A DNA stretch of 64,000 nucleotides from Candidatus Poribacteria bacterium (GTDB lineage Bacteria > Poribacteria > WGA-4E > WGA-3G). Positions 1-9,746 of the stretch are shown one piece after another (the first letter of the stretch is position 1; every line of letters starts with the position of its first letter). Both the position numbers and the translations under genes were made by a program. The DNA lies in contig OZ219753.1 in assembly GCA_964291315.2 (NCBI GenBank), positions 1,280,001-1,344,000 on the forward strand, in the 5' to 3' direction. A model generated the notes under the pieces. It was not told the origin of the DNA. It did no database searches and worked only from the letters and a program-made list of their open reading frames with translations.

Positions 1-290
1 TCGCTGTTTTCAGGTTCTCCCGGGACGATGATCGGATAACCACTTGGGGCGGAAAATGCCCCCTCTTTTGTGTCAAGTCGCAGGTCGGCTTGCCGGACCG
101 CCGGATCGGGCCCGTGGCATGCATAGCATTTATCAGACAGGATTGGTCGGATATCCCTATCAAACTGAAGTTTCTCAGCATAGGCAGGTTCTAGTAGGAT
201 AGCAAGTCCTAACAGAAGCGATACAAGCCCCATACAGGGCAGGCAAACCCACTTTGGAAGATTTAAAGATGATAGTTGTGTTTGAGACAT
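1..290 (-). CDS. Planctomycete cytochrome c (PSCyt1, DUF1549/DUF1553-type) protein, N-terminal part, runs off the window edge
   Basis: Manual translation from ATG at 290: [74 protein letters not shown]. Signal peptide, [20 protein letters not shown] heme motif, and GGAGG RBS-like sequence upstream. Not in the ORF track. Confidence 0.85.
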   Translation of the reverse strand, partial: MSQTQLSSLNLPKWVCLPCMGLVSLLLGLAILLEPAYAEKLQFDRDIRPILSDKCYACHGPDPAVRQADLRLDTKEGAFSAPSGYPIIVPGEPENS

Positions 291-529
291 TATAGAACGT
301 TTCCTCCATTTCTTTTCTATAGGCAATCCCGCAATGATCGCCCATGCTCAACTCTCTATAGCGATGTAAGTCCTACTATCCTTAAGGATTTTTGACTATA
401 ATATATCATTAAGACCCAATATGTGCAAGCAAAATCTCGCGGTACCCGGTAGTATACAACGGTTATCTATTGCTTGTTATCCGCATGTGGTTAAAATATC
501 TTTGATGGAATCATTTCCGTCTTTGTTTG

Positions 530-1288
530 CTAGTAAAGAGACATCAATTTTTCTGCACCAGGAATGGTTTTCCGTTCAAATTCGGGGGTGATCCAACGTG
601 CCCCGGAGGGTCTACCGGGATTCCGATAGGCGTAGACCACACACCACCGTGTATTACTATCCGGTTTTCTTGGACTCACTGCATGTGCCGCATGCGTCCA
701 CATCAAGGCGACTGTGCCGGCAGGTGCGGATAACGTCTCAATCTCAAGCGGTTTTCCGGTCTCTGTGTGCTTTTTCCCCAGGAGCCAACCTTCGCGCAGT
801 GCTTCGTCCGATGATGCATGAATCTTTGCATCCCGATAGAGATGGCTTCCTGGAACGGTTTTTAAACCGCCATCGTCGGGTTCAAATCCGTTGACATAGA
901 AAAAGATACGCACAAATCCCAAACTCGGATCATCGTCGGAATACCCGTGGCTATGCCATCCGATACCGCCGTTTCCTCCGGGACGGTTTAGACTCACACA
1001 GTGATCGTATCGTATATCTTCTCCTAAAACCCTCCGCGCGAGCTCAAGCATCTGTGGATGCGCGATTAGGCTTTCAAGGTAACTGTCATACTCTGCAGAA
1101 AACCTGTTAGGTTCATGTCCCTCTTTTGACGTGCAAGAGAGTTCATGAATAGACGAAAGTGCGTTCGTCAATTTTTCTTGGGTATCTGGCGTGAGCAGAC
1201 CGGGCAGAACGAAATGTCCATCGCTATCTAACGTTTTTCGTTCCTTTTCGCCAAATGTATAAGGATGAAAAATCGAGGGGCGTGGCAT
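530..1288 (-). CDS. Phytanoyl-CoA dioxygenase (PhyH) family Fe(II)/2OG oxygenase
   Basis: DGHFVLPGLL, GWHSH, GGLKTVPGSH, AGTVALMWTHAAH and RWCVVYAY motifs. Start moved to MPRPS at 1288, which follows AAAGGAG. Confidence 0.85.
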   Translation of the reverse strand: MPRPSIFHPYTFGEKERKTLDSDGHFVLPGLLTPDTQEKLTNALSSIHELSCTSKEGHEPNRFSAEYDSYLESLIAHPQMLELARRVLGEDIRYDHCVSLNRPGGNGGIGWHSHGYSDDDPSLGFVRIFFYVNGFEPDDGGLKTVPGSHLYRDAKIHASSDEALREGWLLGKKHTETGKPLEIETLSAPAGTVALMWTHAAHAVSPRKPDSNTRWCVVYAYRNPGRPSGARWITPEFERKTIPGAEKLMSLY

Positions 1289-1319
1289 TGGGAACATCTC
1301 CTTTGTTTGCATAGTATAG

Positions 1320-1442
1320 TAACGTGAGTTTGAAAAAAGAGTGAGTAGACTCCTTTGTAGCATTACCTGTTAGGGTGTGCAGTAATGCTTGTAGCATAGC
1401 CTGTGAGTCTGTGCAAGGGCTCCTTTTATCCAAAGAGGAGCC
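1320..1442. repeat. Composite REP/MITE-like element, copy A
   Basis: 26-nt exact match TAACGTGAGTTTGAAAAAAGAGTGAG to 50133-50158, followed by GTAG-hairpin units and a shared CTGTGCAAG..TATCCA end. Confidence 0.7.
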
Positions 1443-1540
1443 AAATAATTATTCAAGCTGGCATTATAGTAGATTATTGTAGCATGGTTTCCTATTAGTT
1501 TATACAATAGCGTTTGCAGCATCCTTTGTTAGGGGCTGCG
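1357..1540 (+). repeat. Cluster of degenerate 24-nt GTAG-type REP-like hairpins
   Basis: Units at 1357-1380, 1391-1414, about 1479 and 1516-1539. Consensus GTAG-CATAG-CCT-GTT-AGG-CTGTG-C. Confidence 0.6.
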
Positions 1541-1566
1541 ATGTACGTCAGATACCTAGGTTACTA

Positions 1567-2340
1567 TCACTTTTTTGCCACAACAGAAAACCCGCTGTCA
1601 TTGCCGGAATGGAAGTCTTGCAGTCTACGTTTTTTATAGAAATCGGAATCTATAAAACCAGCTTCCACAAGACAGCTCCTAAGCTCGTGGGGAGAGAGGT
1701 GCTGCAGAAAAAAATCGCATCTGTAATGTCTCTGTGTCTCTAAATCTATTTTAAACCAACTGCATCTTTCGCCCTTTTTGCCTTCGTCCCATTCAGTCTC
1801 CTGCAGGACGAATACGTTTTCCTTAATCTTGCTCCAAATCGTTATTGGGAGTCCCTTCTTTCGCATCGGTGGATTTGAATGCACAAAGTAAAGCCTGCCA
1901 TTAGGCTTTAGTGCTTTATGGACATGCTTTAGGAGTGACACCAAACGCTCCTTGGATGGATAGAAAAATGCACCTTCAAAAAAAATGACAGAAAACGCTG
2001 CTTCAAAAATCATTTCATTGTAGTCGCCCAAAATAAATTCAATTTCCAAATTTTCGCTATGGGTGAGTCTCCGAGCCTCAGATAGAAAGTTAGACGATAT
2101 GTCCAATCCAACAACGTGATAGCCGCGACGTGCAAATTCGCGCGAATAACTTCCAATTCCGCAGCCTGCCTCTAATATGCTGTCACTTTTAGACAATTGA
2201 AGCGCCTTTTCATAGAAAGGCATCTGCTGTTTTACAAATTCCGGAGAATCAAAATTGTGGCTTGCATGTTCAAGATACCATTTATCATACACTTCATGCC
2301 CAAAATCAGTTCTAAAAAATTTGACAGTCGGCTCGTTCAT
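1567..2340 (-). CDS. Class I SAM-dependent methyltransferase
   Basis: ILEAGCGIG motif I, VVGLDIS, LKPNGRL. Confidence 0.9.
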   Translation of the reverse strand: MNEPTVKFFRTDFGHEVYDKWYLEHASHNFDSPEFVKQQMPFYEKALQLSKSDSILEAGCGIGSYSREFARRGYHVVGLDISSNFLSEARRLTHSENLEIEFILGDYNEMIFEAAFSVIFFEGAFFYPSKERLVSLLKHVHKALKPNGRLYFVHSNPPMRKKGLPITIWSKIKENVFVLQETEWDEGKKGERCSWFKIDLETQRHYRCDFFLQHLSPHELRSCLVEAGFIDSDFYKKRRLQDFHSGNDSGFSVVAKK

Positions 2341-2358
2341 TCTGTTTCCTAATATTTA

Positions 2359-2470
2359 GTAGCAGTCCTTGTTAGGTTTTGCCTTGTAGTAAAGTCTGTT
2401 AGACTGTGCCAGAGATTTACAGCATCCCCTGCTGGCTTGAGCCATGTAGCAGCATGGTTTCTTTTTAGGA
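2359..2470 (+). repeat. Second cluster of the same GTAG-type REP-like units
   Basis: Units at 2359-2382, 2386-2409, 2419-2442 and about 2446. Confidence 0.55.
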
Positions 2471-2696
2471 CCTGTAATGAAACAGCCAGCGTTTTTAACT
2501 GATACAAATCAAACCACATTCACAGACAAATATCAACGGAATTTCATAAGATTAGCATCTCTTTTTTCGAGTGTCTTAATATGTGTACGCTGCTTGAAGA
2601 ACGCGTGTCGTTGATCTTGAATTTTTTCTGGTATATGCTATTATTGCACAAATACCGAATCAGGTAAATCAAGTTATCAGTCGCGAGGAGAAAACG

Positions 2697-3686
2697 ATGT
2701 CGAATCTTGTAAGCCGGCAAATCTGTCTAAAGAACAAGATCGTCGGTATGCCCAAGGCAGGCGATTTTGAGCTCGTAGAGGTGCCCCTTTCTGAACCTGC
2801 TGAAGGAGAGGTACTGGTCCAAAACCTCTACACATCTGTAGACCCGTATATGCGGGGTACCCTGCGCGGAGTCGAACTCGGCAAGCCGCTTGAAGGCGGT
2901 TGCGCAGGTCAGGTTGTGAAGTCGGAGAGCGATCAGTTCCAAGTGGGCGATTACGTCCTGGGTATGCTCGGGTGGCGGGATCATTACATCGCCCCCGCAG
3001 AAAGTGTGAACGCTGTGGACCTGACGATCGCCCCACTACAGTCTTTCTTAGGTGCAGTCGGTATGCCCGGACTGACCGCCTATTTCGGTTTTTTAGATGT
3101 CGGGCAGCCTAAGGCAGGTGAAACTGTTTTCGTTTCTGCAGCGGCGGGCGCTGTCGGTTCAATAGTGTGCCAAATCGCTAAGATCAAAGACTGCCGAGTC
3201 ATCGCGAGTGCAGGTTCTGATGAAAAAGTCACGTGGCTCCTAGAAACAGCGAAGGTTGACGCGGCTTTTAACTATAAAAAGATCAATGACTTGGAGACTG
3301 AGCTTAGGAAACACTGTCCAAATGGGCTCGATATTTACTTCGAAAACGTCGGGGGCAAACATCTGGAAGCTGCTCTTGCAGTGATGAACATGCATGGACG
3401 TATCCCGCTGTGTGGTATGATCTCTCAATACAACGATATCGAACCAACGCCGGGGCCGACAAACCTCAGTTCTGCTATCGTCAAACGGATTAAACTGCAA
3501 GGGTTCATTGTTACTGACTTCATGGAACGCAACGTCGAATTTTACCGGGACATGCGTCAGTGGATATCTGCAGGAAAGCTACAGTGGGAAGAAACAGTCG
3601 TAGAGGGCTTAGCAAACGCACCAAAGGCGTTTAAGGCACTTTTCACAGGTGAAAAACTGGGCAAAATAGTCGTCAAAATTTCTTAA
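2697..3686 (+). CDS. NADP-dependent oxidoreductase (zinc-independent MDR, PTGR/CurA-like)
   Basis: SVDPYMR, GMPGLTAY, VSAAAGAVG, DIYFENVGG and CGMISQYN motifs. GAGGAG RBS. Confidence 0.93.
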   Translation: MSNLVSRQICLKNKIVGMPKAGDFELVEVPLSEPAEGEVLVQNLYTSVDPYMRGTLRGVELGKPLEGGCAGQVVKSESDQFQVGDYVLGMLGWRDHYIAPAESVNAVDLTIAPLQSFLGAVGMPGLTAYFGFLDVGQPKAGETVFVSAAAGAVGSIVCQIAKIKDCRVIASAGSDEKVTWLLETAKVDAAFNYKKINDLETELRKHCPNGLDIYFENVGGKHLEAALAVMNMHGRIPLCGMISQYNDIEPTPGPTNLSSAIVKRIKLQGFIVTDFMERNVEFYRDMRQWISAGKLQWEETVVEGLANAPKAFKALFTGEKLGKIVVKIS

Positions 3687-3696
3687 GGAGTTTGCA

Positions 3697-4749
3697 ATGG
3701 AAACTAGAACCGCGCGCGCCACCGTAATGAGTGGCAAAAATTTTGAAATCCGAGAATATCCGATAGTGGATCCAGCCCCTGGCACAGTCCTTGTCCGTCA
3801 AGAATTAGGCGGTATTTGCGGCACTGACCTCCATAACTGGGAATTTCAACATATCAAACATGATATTATCCTCGGACATGAAAACGTAGGTGTGATTGAT
3901 ACCTTAGGCGCAGGGGTCGAAACAGATTACCTCGGAAACCCTGTTAAAGAAGGAGACAGAATCGCCCTCTCACCGAGCGGTGGGCTCGGTTTCTCTCAAG
4001 CAGAGGAAGAACCGTATTTGCGGGGTGGGTTTAGTGAGTACATCTACCTTTCTGACCCGTCAACTAATATGTTTCTTAAAACTGATTTGCCCCCTGAAAT
4101 TGCAGTGCTCGCCGAACCTGCCTCTTGCGCAGCACACTGTGTCTCCCGCGGACAAATCGAATTTGGGGATACAGTGGTGATTCAAGGAACAGGCCCAATC
4201 GGGCTGCTTGCACTCAATTGGGCAAGGGTTTCCGGAGCAGGCCGGCTTATCGTTGTCGGTGGCCCACCGGGAAGACTTGAAATGGCGAAAAGGTTAGGGG
4301 CAGATCTCACTGTCGACATCGCTGAAGTGCCAAACCCGCAAGAACGGAAAAAAATTGTCCATGAAAACACACCCCAAAGCGAAGGCGCAGAGGTCGTCTA
4401 CGAATGCACAGGCTTTCTCGATGCTATTCCCGAGGGATTAGATTATATCAAATACGGCGGAACTTACGTTGTATATGGGCATTTCGTAGATGTCGGATCT
4501 TTTAACTGCAATCCGAATCAGATGCTAATGCGTAAAAACCTAAGATTAGAAGCCGGATGGGGATTTGAAAAAAAGCATTTCCTTCGCGCCATCCCGATGC
4601 TTGAGAAACATGCACATCTCTTTGAAGGGTTTGTCAGCCACATCCTTCCGTTAGAAGATGTCCCTAAAGGCTTCGACGCACTGCATCACAGCTACCACTT
4701 AGACGGGAAAGACGCGATTAAGATCGCCGTTAAAGGCGGGGCTGCCTAA
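3697..4749 (+). CDS. Zinc-binding alcohol dehydrogenase family protein
   Basis: GICGTD, GHE and GTGPIG motifs. The structural-Zn Cys loop appears absent. Confidence 0.88.
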   Translation: METRTARATVMSGKNFEIREYPIVDPAPGTVLVRQELGGICGTDLHNWEFQHIKHDIILGHENVGVIDTLGAGVETDYLGNPVKEGDRIALSPSGGLGFSQAEEEPYLRGGFSEYIYLSDPSTNMFLKTDLPPEIAVLAEPASCAAHCVSRGQIEFGDTVVIQGTGPIGLLALNWARVSGAGRLIVVGGPPGRLEMAKRLGADLTVDIAEVPNPQERKKIVHENTPQSEGAEVVYECTGFLDAIPEGLDYIKYGGTYVVYGHFVDVGSFNCNPNQMLMRKNLRLEAGWGFEKKHFLRAIPMLEKHAHLFEGFVSHILPLEDVPKGFDALHHSYHLDGKDAIKIAVKGGAA

Positions 4750-4807
4750 AATGATTGACTGGCGTTCCAAAGAGAGGTGTCGTTAAACACCACGCTTTCG
4801 GTATTAC

Positions 4808-5788
4808 TCATCTAAGCGCGTCTCTCTCGACATCTGCCAAAAAGACGCGCACACCACTTTGCAAGGCGGATCTGTGGACTGCCGCTTCGAAGAGCAGCTC
4901 GTCCCACGCCGCTTCGCCATCTGCAGGAAAAGGGACATCGGCCTGCACCGCTTTAATCACACTGTCAGCCATGCGTCTGAAGGATTTCGGCATTTCTGGA
5001 TCCGTGCTTTCAGCTTCCCAGAGTTCCTCGGGTTCGGAGCCGTATGCTCCTCGGCGGCAATACCACCCCATCAAACCGCGTGCTTCACTGTAAGATTTAT
5101 CGCCAAGAATTTTCACACGGAGCGGATGGTCGTCGTAACCCCACAAGTTCGTACCGCTCAGGGACCCGATGACACCGGTCTCCCAACCAATATGAATAAG
5201 CCGAGACCAACCGCGTGCTTCGTCCGGATTGCCGACAACACTCACCCACTCGGGCATCCCCATCGTCCAGAGAATTTGATCAATGACGTGTGACCAGCAA
5301 TTGAAGTGTGCCCGGGCGTGTACCATCCGAATTTCACCCAATCGATCCTCAGTGACATCATCATGCAGTTTACGAAAATGATGCATGAATCGATAATTGA
5401 AATCAATCCCGAACTCGACGTTAGCGTTACGCCACGTTGTAATAGCGGGCAACGCGATTCTGAGATCCTCTTCACGCAGCCGAGCTTGACCTTCTAATCC
5501 ACAGAGCGGTTTTTCCGTGAATACGTTCCATCCCGCCTCCAGCAATTGTTGCAGCGGCCGGATACGACGGGTCTCATTGACAATCAGCAGCGCAAGCTCG
5601 GCATCACAATTCGCTATAAGCGCCTCGATCGACGAGTACCCGGGAACCCCAAATTTTTCTGCTGCTTTCGCGCGGAGTTCCTCATCCATATCACACACGG
5701 CTACGATCTCCGCGTCCGGATGATTGTGAAAGTTTTTACCGTGCCTCAAGCCCATACCTCTGCCGCTGATAAGTGCACATCTTGTCAT
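4808..5788 (-). CDS. Gfo/Idh/MocA family oxidoreductase
   Basis: IVAVCD, VFTEKP, FNYRF and HVID motifs. Confidence 0.85.
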   Translation of the reverse strand: MTRCALISGRGMGLRHGKNFHNHPDAEIVAVCDMDEELRAKAAEKFGVPGYSSIEALIANCDAELALLIVNETRRIRPLQQLLEAGWNVFTEKPLCGLEGQARLREEDLRIALPAITTWRNANVEFGIDFNYRFMHHFRKLHDDVTEDRLGEIRMVHARAHFNCWSHVIDQILWTMGMPEWVSVVGNPDEARGWSRLIHIGWETGVIGSLSGTNLWGYDDHPLRVKILGDKSYSEARGLMGWYCRRGAYGSEPEELWEAESTDPEMPKSFRRMADSVIKAVQADVPFPADGEAAWDELLFEAAVHRSALQSGVRVFLADVERDALR

Positions 5789-5790
5789 AG

Positions 5791-8700
5791 TTAATTCCTC
5801 TCTTTCTGTTTTAGGTCTGCCCGCAACGAGGGTAAACGCTTAACAATCTTCAACGTCTTTAGACTGACGGTGATAACGCGCGCCACTAAATCCACGATAT
5901 ACCGCGGCGCATCCGAACGATTTGGATCGTTGACCAGTCCACTCCGATTGTGCGTCTTCACACAATACTGATCTATCACCCACTCCAACGCTGAACGAGT
6001 GCCTAACCGATACGCAAACGCCTCCGCTGGAATGCCGTCCAACGTCAAGAACTCGTTATATTTCAACTGTGTTTTGTTTTTGGACAGCTTCATCTTCTCC
6101 ACGCGCCAGTCTATCGGCGTGCCGGGCGTTTCTCTATATTTTAGCTCGAACTTCTGTGCGGCTCCGTAGTTGATGTGAAGGTCTGCGAGTTGTGCGCCTG
6201 CGGTAGCGAATGCCCAGAAGTCTGTCGCGAAGGGGATATGCGGCAGATCGCGCTTCAGGTTTGCCTCGTATCTCTCTCGGTAGGCAGAGTGATGCAAGAG
6301 TCCATAGGTGTAGTGGAAGATGTCCCACTTGCTGATGGCATCGTCTTTGTAGTGAGAGCGGAACGTGGATAACGCCCAATCGGTGATATTTTCGCGGCGG
6401 TTTGTGCCGTCTTCATTGTAGATGTAGAAAGGGAACGACTGATTCGCATCGACTATACCAAGGCACGGAATCGCAGCTACCATCAATGGGTGAAAAGGTT
6501 TCTTGCTGCCGATACCGTTGACACAAATCATCCGATTTTCTGATTCCGTCTCCGGCGTAGGGAATATCCGATGCTGTTGATAACGTCTTTCGTTCCAAAA
6601 GGGATCGAAGTAGAGGTTAGATTTCGTAAAAGGGCGATAGAGAGAGGTCCGAACTTTTATCTCTGAAGATTCAGCCATTTGCCTGTTCTTTAACTTCCCT
6701 TTCAAACCAGAACTCCACTTGATTTTTGTATCGTCATAGATCACAAAATTATCAACGGTCGCCTCTCTATTTGTTCGTTGTGTCCAGCGCGCCACTTCTG
6801 CATTGTAATTTTCAATCATCCGATTTATATTTTCAGTGAGTGCGTCTCGGTTGAAATTGTAAGCCCACGCATCACGACAGGTTACGATACCGCGACTGTA
6901 GGTTTTGAAAATCACTTCTGTTGCAGCGCCTTTTTTTGCCTTTTCTGCCTTTGTGCCCATCGGAACAAAGGTGTCAAACTCAGGATCCAGGCCCTCTGTC
7001 AACCACGCGTGCCGCGCATCGGGTTCAATGGGCTGCCACGCAACACCGCCTGCATGTTGACTGTTATTCAGAAACGCAAACTTCTGATCTTTATTCCACA
7101 ACTCATCCGTGCGATAGTAAAAGATTCGTGCTTTCTCTGAAGAATTGCCTCTGTTTTTCACGAATAGGTTGATACTCACCCCGACACAGATCCCAAACAC
7201 ATTGCCACTCGAGCCCTTTGATCCGCTCTGCACATCCCCGCCTAAGTCGAGAACGTAGAGGGCATCGAAGTCTGCCGCAAGGTGCTTTCGCACCCCATCA
7301 AACGCGATGCCGTCCAGAAAACTGTTATTCGTTATCAGTGCCACAACGCCCTCTGCTCCAATCCTGTCGGAGGCCCAGCGGATCGCTTTCACATACGGAT
7401 CCGAGAGGGCGTTTTTGTTCGAGGCTTTTGAATCTTGTGAATAGGTGTCCCGAACTCGTGCATCCATGAGCGGATACTTCCTATTCTTGTTATTATCGTT
7501 CTCATCGTCCTGCCCGGCGTTGTAGGGCGGGTTGCCGAGCACTACGAACATGTCCGCTGCCTTCTGCTGCTGCACCCGCTCCGTGTTTTCGCGCGTGAAG
7601 AGCTGCCCCTGCTCCGGCTCAAGCAGCTCGAACGTATCCGCCAGCACGATACCCTCAAACGGCAGATACGCACCCGTCCGACGGAAATACTCCTGCTCAA
7701 TATTCAGGCTTGCGATGTAATATGGCAACAGCATCACCTCGTTGCAGTGCAGTTCCTTCCGGTATTTCGCCTCTAACGCTGCGCCTTGAATGTCGTGCAT
7801 CAACCGCACGATGAAGTTGCCCGTGCCGACAAACGGGTCTATGATATGCACACCCGTGTCCGACAGCGAACGATCAAACTCAGTTTTCAAAATGTGTTGT
7901 ACGCTGTTGACCATGAAATCCACGATCGGCTGCGGCGTATAGACGATACCGTGTGTATCAGCTGTATCTTCGGAGAATCCTTGAAAGAACTGCTCATAGA
8001 ACGTATTGAGGAAGCTCTGTTTCTGTGAGAAGTCTTTGCAGAGCCCCGCCGCCTGTTCAATAGCAAGGTAGAAACGATCTAAAGGCGCTAGAAACTCCTC
8101 ACGACTGAATGCTTGTCGGATCAGTTCGTCAACCACGTTTTCAATCTCGCGGGTGATGATGTTCCGTCGAGTGAAATCCGAGTTATTAAACATCGTGCGG
8201 AAGATCCGTTCGGTGAGGATATGTTGGATCAGCATCTCCTCGACTTCATCGTGTGTGAGCTCGGGGTTAATCGCCGTGCGACAGGTCTCATAAAAGCTGG
8301 CAAATGCCGCTTGGAACCCTGCGTCCCCGGTGTGCTGCTCCTCTATGAGCTCCTTCAACTTGCCGGCGAGCCCTGGCACATGTTCTTTGAAGTCGTTGAC
8401 AGCCGACTGCCAATTTTCCAGTGCCGGCGGCAGATAAGCGAATAGACATTCAAGAGCAGCGATCAGTCCTGCAGCGTTGCGGATGTCGCTGTCTAAGAGG
8501 ACCTGTCCGTTCTGATACAAAATAGCGCGCTGTGGGTTCTGGAACAGGATGTTGTCGAGCGGATACCCCGCCGCGCGTTTCTCCTCAACGGCTTTAGGGA
8601 GATCGTCATCTATATCTTTTGCCTCCCAATAAGCGAGTGGCAGGCTATATTCATCCAAGATTGCGCCGTCAATCACGATGCGGTTTCCGTTGGGTGCGTG

Positions 8701-8877
8701 CATCTGATATTGCGGGATGAGCGTCGCTTTCATCTGCTTCGCGCAAGTATCAAGCAAGAAGGCGAACGGATTGCTGACGGCCCCCTCGTGTGTCGCCTTG
8801 TGCTGTTCGTATGCCTGCAGCGTGGCATAATAGTCGCGGATCGGTTTGTGGGTGGATTTGAGTTTGAGTTGTGACAT
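5791..8877 (-). CDS. Single-chain restriction-modification enzyme (Type IIG / helicase-less Type ISP-like): PD-(D/E)XK nuclease, N6-adenine MTase and Type ISP C-terminal specificity domain
   Basis: IDG...WEAK nuclease-like motif, GIVYTP, DPFVGTG (motif I), GNPPY (motif IV), and YRPF, FPFY and SALEWVIDQY C-terminal motifs. No DEAD/helicase motifs. Confidence 0.88.
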   Translation of the reverse strand: MSQLKLKSTHKPIRDYYATLQAYEQHKATHEGAVSNPFAFLLDTCAKQMKATLIPQYQMHAPNGNRIVIDGAILDEYSLPLAYWEAKDIDDDLPKAVEEKRAAGYPLDNILFQNPQRAILYQNGQVLLDSDIRNAAGLIAALECLFAYLPPALENWQSAVNDFKEHVPGLAGKLKELIEEQHTGDAGFQAAFASFYETCRTAINPELTHDEVEEMLIQHILTERIFRTMFNNSDFTRRNIITREIENVVDELIRQAFSREEFLAPLDRFYLAIEQAAGLCKDFSQKQSFLNTFYEQFFQGFSEDTADTHGIVYTPQPIVDFMVNSVQHILKTEFDRSLSDTGVHIIDPFVGTGNFIVRLMHDIQGAALEAKYRKELHCNEVMLLPYYIASLNIEQEYFRRTGAYLPFEGIVLADTFELLEPEQGQLFTRENTERVQQQKAADMFVVLGNPPYNAGQDDENDNNKNRKYPLMDARVRDTYSQDSKASNKNALSDPYVKAIRWASDRIGAEGVVALITNNSFLDGIAFDGVRKHLAADFDALYVLDLGGDVQSGSKGSSGNVFGICVGVSINLFVKNRGNSSEKARIFYYRTDELWNKDQKFAFLNNSQHAGGVAWQPIEPDARHAWLTEGLDPEFDTFVPMGTKAEKAKKGAATEVIFKTYSRGIVTCRDAWAYNFNRDALTENINRMIENYNAEVARWTQRTNREATVDNFVIYDDTKIKWSSGLKGKLKNRQMAESSEIKVRTSLYRPFTKSNLYFDPFWNERRYQQHRIFPTPETESENRMICVNGIGSKKPFHPLMVAAIPCLGIVDANQSFPFYIYNEDGTNRRENITDWALSTFRSHYKDDAISKWDIFHYTYGLLHHSAYRERYEANLKRDLPHIPFATDFWAFATAGAQLADLHINYGAAQKFELKYRETPGTPIDWRVEKMKLSKNKTQLKYNEFLTLDGIPAEAFAYRLGTRSALEWVIDQYCVKTHNRSGLVNDPNRSDAPRYIVDLVARVITVSLKTLKIVKRLPSLRADLKQKERN

Positions 8878-8883
8878 ACGCAT

Positions 8884-8912
8884 ATGATAGCAGAACTCCG
8901 AATAGAAAACAA
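8884..8912 (-). promoter_or_regulatory. sigma70-type promoter, probably leaderless, for the R-M gene
   Basis: TTGTTT-17-TATCAT with TGn extension. The -10 box ends 6 nt before ATG 8877. Confidence 0.5.
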
Positions 8913-8958
8913 GAGAAAAAAGTTCTGCTGGAGGTCTTCAGTGTATGGGCTCTGCCTT

Positions 8959-8982
8959 GTAGCGTAACCTGTTACAGGGTGC
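8959..8982 (+). repeat. Single GTAG-type REP-like unit
   Basis: GTAGCGTAACCTGTTACAGGGTGC, same length and frame as the units at 1357-1414. Confidence 0.45.
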
Positions 8983-8990
8983 ATGCGTTT

Positions 8991-9746
8991 TCACCTTCTT
9001 TCCCGAAGGTCAAGAACAGCTCGGTAGTGTTTGGTTACGCGGCCATTGTACCTCGTCTCAATAAGATTGACAATTCCCTCAAATAGGAGACTCCTATTTT
9101 TATCTGGTAACGCGATGTGATCCGAATAGGTACTCAGGAGCCCGATGTATTGTTCAGATGAATACGTTTCTGTCCACGGATACTCTCTATGAATTGGGGG
9201 ATGAAAGGTTTCAATCCCCAAAAGAGGCGGAGCTTGCGTTGGACGGCCTGCAGTTAGCCGAAGATAGTATCTATCGTAGAGGCTTTGAACTTCCGCGAAG
9301 AATCCTTCTTTCCTTCTCACATGCTGATGAGAGAAAACCGCGAGAAAGCCGCCTGAATTAAGCGCCTCGGATACCTTCAGGTATCTCACTACAGGATCTA
9401 CCCAATGAAAAGCAGTAGCAGAAATAGTGAGATCGAATTTGCCCTCCAGTTTCCACGTCTCAAATGATTCTCTCACAAAAGAAACATTTGGAAATTCCTT
9501 TAATTGTTCTCTTGCAACAGCGATGAGATCAGCACCGATGTCCAGACATACCAATTTATATCCACGTTCTGCAAAGGAACGGGTTGCTTTGCCAGTACCG
9601 CAGCCAATTTCAAGAATTCTGCTATGATTTTCAATGCCAGAGAGGTCTACAACAGCCGCGATTAATTCTTCAGGATATCCCGGACGAAGGGCCTCATAGA
9701 GGGGCGCGGCGCTATTAAAAGTAGCCCTGAGGGTGGTGTTTGACAG
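8991..9746 (-). CDS. Class I SAM-dependent methyltransferase (probable CTG start)
   Basis: The frame is open upstream of the track start at 9554 and encodes FNSAAPLYEALRPGYP and ILEIGCGTG. ATAFHW motif downstream. Confidence 0.82.
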   Translation of the reverse strand: MSNTTLRATFNSAAPLYEALRPGYPEELIAAVVDLSGIENHSRILEIGCGTGKATRSFAERGYKLVCLDIGADLIAVAREQLKEFPNVSFVRESFETWKLEGKFDLTISATAFHWVDPVVRYLKVSEALNSGGFLAVFSHQHVRRKEGFFAEVQSLYDRYYLRLTAGRPTQAPPLLGIETFHPPIHREYPWTETYSSEQYIGLLSTYSDHIALPDKNRSLLFEGIVNLIETRYNGRVTKHYRAVLDLRERR

